From Octopus sinensis (Eukaryota), in assembly GCF_006345805.1 (NCBI RefSeq), contig NW_021836286.1, forward strand, positions 1 to 24,478: DNA of 24,478 bases. The letters run 5' to 3'. Position numbers and translations under genes: made by a program. Positions 19,678-24,478 of this stretch are shown piece by piece (within the stretch, counting starts at the first letter, position 1; every line of letters starts with the position of its first letter). The notes under the pieces are model-generated. The model saw only the letters and a program-made list of their open reading frames with translations, was not told the DNA's origin and did not search any database.

Positions 19678-19950
19678 CATCATCATCATCATTTAACGTC
19701 TGCTTTCCATGCTAGCATGGGTTGGACGGTTCAACTGGGGTCTGGGGAGCCTGAACGCTGCACCAGGCCAGTCAGATCTGGCAGTGTTTCTACAGCTGGA
19801 TGCCCTTCCTAACGCCAACCACTCCGTGAGTGTAGTGGGTGCTTTTTATGTGCCACCGACACAGGTGCCAGACGAGGCTGACGAACGGCCACGATCGGAT
19901 GGTGTTTGTTACGTGCCCACAGCACGGAGGCCAGTCGATGTGGTACTGGC
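19678..19950 (-). mobile_element. RTE-type LINE 3' UTR fragment
   Basis: (CAT)n tail plus consensus 3' UTR with 1-2 copies of the 65-bp module. Confidence 0.8.
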
Positions 19951-19973
19951 TACAGTATATATACATATATATA

Positions 19974-20573
19974 CAAGCAGTATAGCCCTGCCTTGCTCGG
20001 GCTTGTTTTCTTTTCGACCCTTTAGAATTGGAATTTTTGAAAAGTAAAAATTTTGCATTATGTAGCTTGTTATTCTCTTTAAGTGAACATTTTTCTGGTT
20101 GAAATACACCTAAAAGTGGCGACACAGCAGTAAAAAAATCGTAAAAAATAGGGATTTTCATAGAAAAAAAGCACCTTTTTGATGTAAATAATTTTTGGTG
20201 TTAACATGGTCCGATCTGAATTTTTTTCTTCTACGGAAGGAAGAGCAACCCTTCTTCTATCATACTCTCAATTTTGGTCAACTTGTGCCGCAGGGTCTCG
20301 GAGGAGATAGTGTTAGTTGAAGGCAACCAAATTTGCCATACATCGTAAAAAATAGGGATTTTCATAGAAAAAAAGCACCTTTTGAATGTAAATAATTTTT
20401 GGTGTTAACACGGTCCAATTTGAATTTTATCTTCAACGGAATAAAGAGCAAGCCTTCTTCTATCATACTCTCAATTTTGGTTAATTTGCGCCACAGGGTT
20501 TCGGAGGAGATGGTGTTAGTTGAAGGCAACCAAACCTGCCACATACAGACAACTTCAGCTTTATATATATAGA
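19974..20573 (-). mobile_element. Non-autonomous Helitron, same family ends as 2639-3435, with a 204-bp internal duplication
   Basis: Minus: A|TCTATATATATAAAGCTGAAGTTGTCTG... ending GCCCGAGCAAGGCAGGGCTATACTGCTTG|T (CTAG mutated to CTTG). ATCGTAAAAAATAGGG at 20138 and 20342. Confidence 0.75.
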
Positions 20574-20599
20574 TATATATCATCATCATCATCATAGAT

Positions 20600-21256
20600 T
20601 AGATGATATGTATGGATGAGGACAGCTGTATGAAGAAGTATTGCACTGGAATGGCGGAGGGGGCTTGTGGAAGAGGCAGATCGAGGAAGCCATTGGAGCC
20701 GGGTGGTAAAGCACGACCTTTGAATGTTGGGCCTCACAAAGGCAATTACAAACGACCGAGAACTTTGGAGATCTGCTGTGCTTGAGAAGGAGAGCCATGA
20801 AACCAAGTGAGGTCATAGCCAGGGTCATGTAACTGATCCCTTAAAAGCATCCTTCGATCGTTGGGCAATATGCTGCACTTGTGAACTGAGTGAAATCCTG
20901 GGGCACCTGTGCTGGTAGCACATAAAAGAAAAATACAGTTCAATGGTTGGGGCCTCATGGAGACAGTGACAGATGACCAAGACCCTTGGTGATATACTGT
21001 GCTTGTGTTGACCCGTCAAGCCAAGTGAGACCATAGTCATGGCCAATGCCAGTGTCATGCCAATGGCACCTGTGCCAACGGCATGTAAAAAACACCCACT
21101 ACACTCAGAGTGGTTGGCATTAGGAAGGGCATCCAGCCATAGAAACCTTGCCAAATCAGGCTGGAAACCGGTGCAGTGCCCCAGCTCACTCGTTTTTAGT
21201 CAAACCTTCCAACCCATGCCAGCATGGAAAGTGGACGTTAAACAATGATGATGATC
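20600..21256 (+). mobile_element. RTE-clade LINE 3' end: degenerate RT C-terminus, 3' UTR and (GAT)n tail
   Basis: EGACGRGRSRK./WSRVVKHDL*MLGLTKAITNDRELWRSAVLEK resembles the RTE GRGRP..W...V..DL...DR..WR terminus. Confidence 0.8.
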
Positions 21257-21393
21257 ATCATCATCATCCCCATTTAAAGTTTGTTTTCCATGCTGGCATG
21301 GATTGGACAGTTTGGTAGGTGCTAGTAAGGCCAGGAGCTACACTAGGTTCTGTTTCAGCCTGCACATAGATACACACACGCATTTACTCATAG

Positions 21394-21427
<34 letters not shown>

Positions 21428-21544
21428 GTACAAAGGCCTTTCTGCTGACCTTGATACACATGCAACCAATTGTTTGATGAACTAAACAGCCAACTCCTTG
21501 AATTATCCTTCAAACTGGTTGAGTATTCCATAGACTGACATACC

Positions 21545-21958
21545 TATTTCTTTACTAGACACAAGAGTCTAAACATAGAGGGGACAAGCAAGGACAGATA
21601 AACGGATTAAGTCAATTATATTGACCCCAATGCGTAACTGGTACTTATTTAATTGACCTCGAAAGGATGAAAGGCAAAGTTGGCCTCGGAGGAATTTGAA
21701 CTCAGAACGTAACGGCAGACGACATACCTATTTCTTTATTACCCACAAGGGGCTAAACATAGAAGGGACAAACAAGGACAGACACACGGATTAAATTGAT
21801 TACATCGACACCAATGCGTAACTGGTACTTAATTTATCGACCCCGAAAGGATGAAAGGCGAAGTCGACCTCGGCGGAATTTGAACTCACAACGTAACGCA
21901 GACGAAATACCGCTGAGTATTTCACCCAGCGTGCTAACCACTCTGCCAGCTCGCTGCC
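21545..21958 (-). mobile_element. Two tandem SINE family C copies (partial 21545-21720; full 21722-21958)
   Basis: Minus head GGCAGCGAGCTGGCAGAGTGG (A box) ... GAGTTCAAATTCC (B box). Confidence 0.85.
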
Positions 21959-22528
21959 TTACATACCTTTAATGTAAATCTCAGGCAGGAACTCCATAAT
22001 ACATCATGACACAACTGAGTCATGGGGCCAAGCCATTTTACAGGCTTCCAGACAGTTTCCATCCTACCAAATTCCCTCATGGAATTTGAGTAAACCATGG
22101 GACTATGATAAGTTTCTTTATTGGCCACACAGGGCTGCACACAGATGGGACAAATTACAAGGTAGAGCTTTTTTTTTCTTTTGGGGGATGAAAAAAACAA
22201 AAAACAAAAGAAACAAAAAAAAAGTGGCGTAGGTTTTCAATCAAAAGGGATCGTAAAAGGGAAAAAAAGGAAAAGGAACAAAAGGAAAGAAAAATGAAAA
22301 AAGAAGAAAAAAGAGGAAAAAAGGGGAAGAGGAAAGAAAAAAAATGACATGCAGTGGAACTGAACCCAGGAACTCATGGTTGCAAAGTGAACTTCTTTAC
22401 CACTCAATCAAGACTAGCAACAATCCTGACTTGTGTAATATCTGAACTGTTTCATATTTATTTGTTTTCAAACGTTCGTATTATGCGTTTGAGTCATTTT
22501 AAATTTGACCCAGCATGGCTTGATCAAT

Positions 22529-23045
22529 GTGGAATGTGGGAGTGGCTTATGGGAGTGGAATGTGGGAGTGGCTTGTGAGAGTGGAATGTGGGAGTGGAAT
22601 GTGGGAGTGGAATGTGGGAGTGGCTTGTGAGAGTGGAATGTGGGAGTGGCTTGTGGGAGTGGAATGTGGGAGTGGCTTGTGAGAGTGGAATGTGGGAGTG
22701 GGTTGTGGGAGTGGAATGTGGGAGTGGCTTGTGGAAGTGGAATGTGGGAGTGGCTTGTGAGAGTGGAATGTAGGAGTGGCTTGTGGGAGTGGCTTGTGGA
22801 AGTGGCTTTGGAGAGTGACCTGTGGGAGTGGCTTGTGGAAGTGGCTTTGGAGAGTGACCTGTGGGAGTTGCTTGTGAGAGTGGAATGTGGGAATGGCTTG
22901 TGGAAGTGGAATGTGGGAGTGGCTTGTGGAAGTGGAATGAGGGTGCGGCTTGTGGAAGTGGAATGTGGGAGCGGCTTGTGAGAGTGGAATGTGGGAGTGG
23001 GTTGTGGGAGTGGCTTGTGAGAGTGGAATGTGGGAGTGGCTTGTA
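22529..23045. repeat. 13-bp-monomer G-rich minisatellite (GAGTGGAATGTGG / GAGTGGCTTGTGR)
   Basis: Two alternating monomer variants over about 520 bp. Confidence 0.9.
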
Positions 23046-23373
23046 GGTGTAGTTGGTGACCATATTTTGTGGCTGTACTCAGAGGTTGTGGATTATGGAT
23101 TTAGTCCATGAGTGTGGCCAGTGAATATGGTCCAGGTGTGGCCTGTGAAAGTTGCCTCCCAATGTTATTTGTGGCCTGTGAGTATGTCCTGCATCTAGTG
23201 GGTGTGGTCTGACACCTGTGATATAGTTTGTTGTCTATCAGTGAGGTCTGTGGGTTGTAGGAGTGATCTGAGTTCTGTAGCATGTAGGTTTGGCCATATA
23301 GCTTGTGGGCGTGGTTCATAACCTGCAGGCATGATCTACAATCTGTAATGTAGTATGTATTAGACTATGCAAC

Positions 23374-23468
23374 CTGTGGGTGTGTCCTGTGGTCTGTGGG
23401 TGTGTCCTGTGGTCTGTGGGTGTGTCCTGTGGTCTGTGGGTGTGTCCTGTGGTCTGTGGATGTGGACT
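23374..23468. repeat. 20-bp tandem repeat CTGTGGGTGTGTCCTGTGGT, 4+ copies
   Basis: Visible directly. Confidence 0.9.
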
Positions 23469-23519
23469 GTCACCTGTGACAATACAACAAAACAAAAAAA
23501 AAGTGGGGTTTCAACTTAC

Positions 23520-23644
23520 AATTGTATTTGTCTCCACAGATGTTCTCCAGGCGACTGATCTCTGCTTCAACCTCGTGTAACAGATTGGCAAGGTTCAAGT
23601 GTGCAGGTTCAATTCTCATGCATGCCATCAACGTCTGCCAGTTT
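23520..23644 (-). CDS. Internal exon E1 (phase 2/1) of an uncharacterised Cys-rich single-pass membrane protein: NWQTLMACMRIEPAHLNLANLLHEVEAEISRLENICGDKYN
   Basis: Acceptor tgtcttcttttag|A, donor T|gtaagt, 125 nt, open. Same length as E5 and Cys at codons 8 and 36 as in E5. Upstream exons lie outside the window. Confidence 0.85.
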
Positions 23645-23879
23645 CTAAAAGAAGACAAATCACCAAGTATATGCTTTAACGAAGACATTCAGAAAATATA
23701 GGGCCTGGTTTGAGGGCGAAGGGGTAAGCATGCAGAGCATCTTGCAAATCATAATACTGAAGGGCCTTTGAAGGGAGTCATAGAGAAAAGGAAGGAAAGA
23801 CATGATCGTCTTAACCTGGATGCAACTGAGTCTGCTAAAGACACCCAAGGGTAAGGGGCCGATGTTACAATGGGCAAAG

Positions 23880-24255
23880 GTCTATTATACATTAGAAAAT
23901 AGAGTCCTAGATATACACTATGCCTGAATGAAAGATGAGATGGTCACATCTTTGATCATAGGTCTGTATGGATCAGGACTGACCTGGGGCTAAACAACAA
24001 CAACAACTATAGCCACCAATACTAACTACTACACTATACATTAGATAATGTAGTCCTAGGTACACTATGCCTGAATAAAAGATGGGATGGTCACAGCTGG
24101 AACATCTTTGATCATAGGTCTCTATGGATCAGGACTGACCTGGGGCTAAACAACAACAAGAATTATAGCCACTAATACTAACTACTACACTATACATTAG
24201 ATAATGTAGTCCTAGGTACACTATACCTGAATAAAAGATGGGATGGTCACAGTTG
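23880..24255 (+). repeat. About 150-bp tandem unit, about 2.5 copies
   Basis: GATG(A/G)GATGG at about 23934, 24081 and 24237. Confidence 0.9.
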
Positions 24256-24478
24256 AAACATATATGTGGATGTATATGTGTGTATACATGTATGAATATG
24301 TATATATGTAGTTGTGTGTCTATGCCTGCATATGTGTGCATGTGTGGGTGTAAGTGTTGCATATGTAGGTGTGTGCGTGTGTATGCATTTGTATGTATGT
24401 GTGTGTATATGAACGTTCTATCTGTGTGTGCGTGTGTGTCCGTGTGTCTTCAATGAATAAACAAAGAATTGACTGACT

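Noticed and set aside
22524-23063. His/Pro/Ser-rich 179-aa ORF on the gene strand
   Set aside because: It is a translation of the 13-bp minisatellite, with no splice sites or phase fit.
23700-23880. Possible decayed RTE RT C-terminus (LQIIILKG...RKGRK)
   Set aside because: The similarity is short and interrupted by stops, too weak to call without a search.

Overview
AT-rich, repeat-dense eukaryotic genomic DNA. The tRNA-headed SINEs, RTE/CR1 LINE remnants and (TA)n/(AAT)n microsatellites look like an octopus (coleoid cephalopod) genome; this rests on recognising repeat families, not on a search. Almost all ORFs in the supplied track are repeat artefacts. The real coding signal is a spliced gene on the minus strand, assembled by hand from canonical GT-AG exons with matching phases: 23520-23644, 19511-19640, 18603-18781, 11407-11548, 10468-10592, 8939-9077, 7724-7863, 6131-6244 and probably 1652-1683. 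Its 5' part lies beyond the window. It encodes about 370 aa of an uncharacterised single-pass membrane protein whose ectodomain is built from repeated Cys-rich two-exon modules. The introns hold three different sequences with minimal type I hammerhead-ribozyme architecture, two of them as inverted pairs resembling Penelope-like pseudo-LTRs. They also hold two non-autonomous Helitrons with shared ends but different interiors, a HINE/DINE-1-like element, and several tandem arrays grown out of LINE 3' ends. Repeat boundaries are approximate unless termini are quoted.
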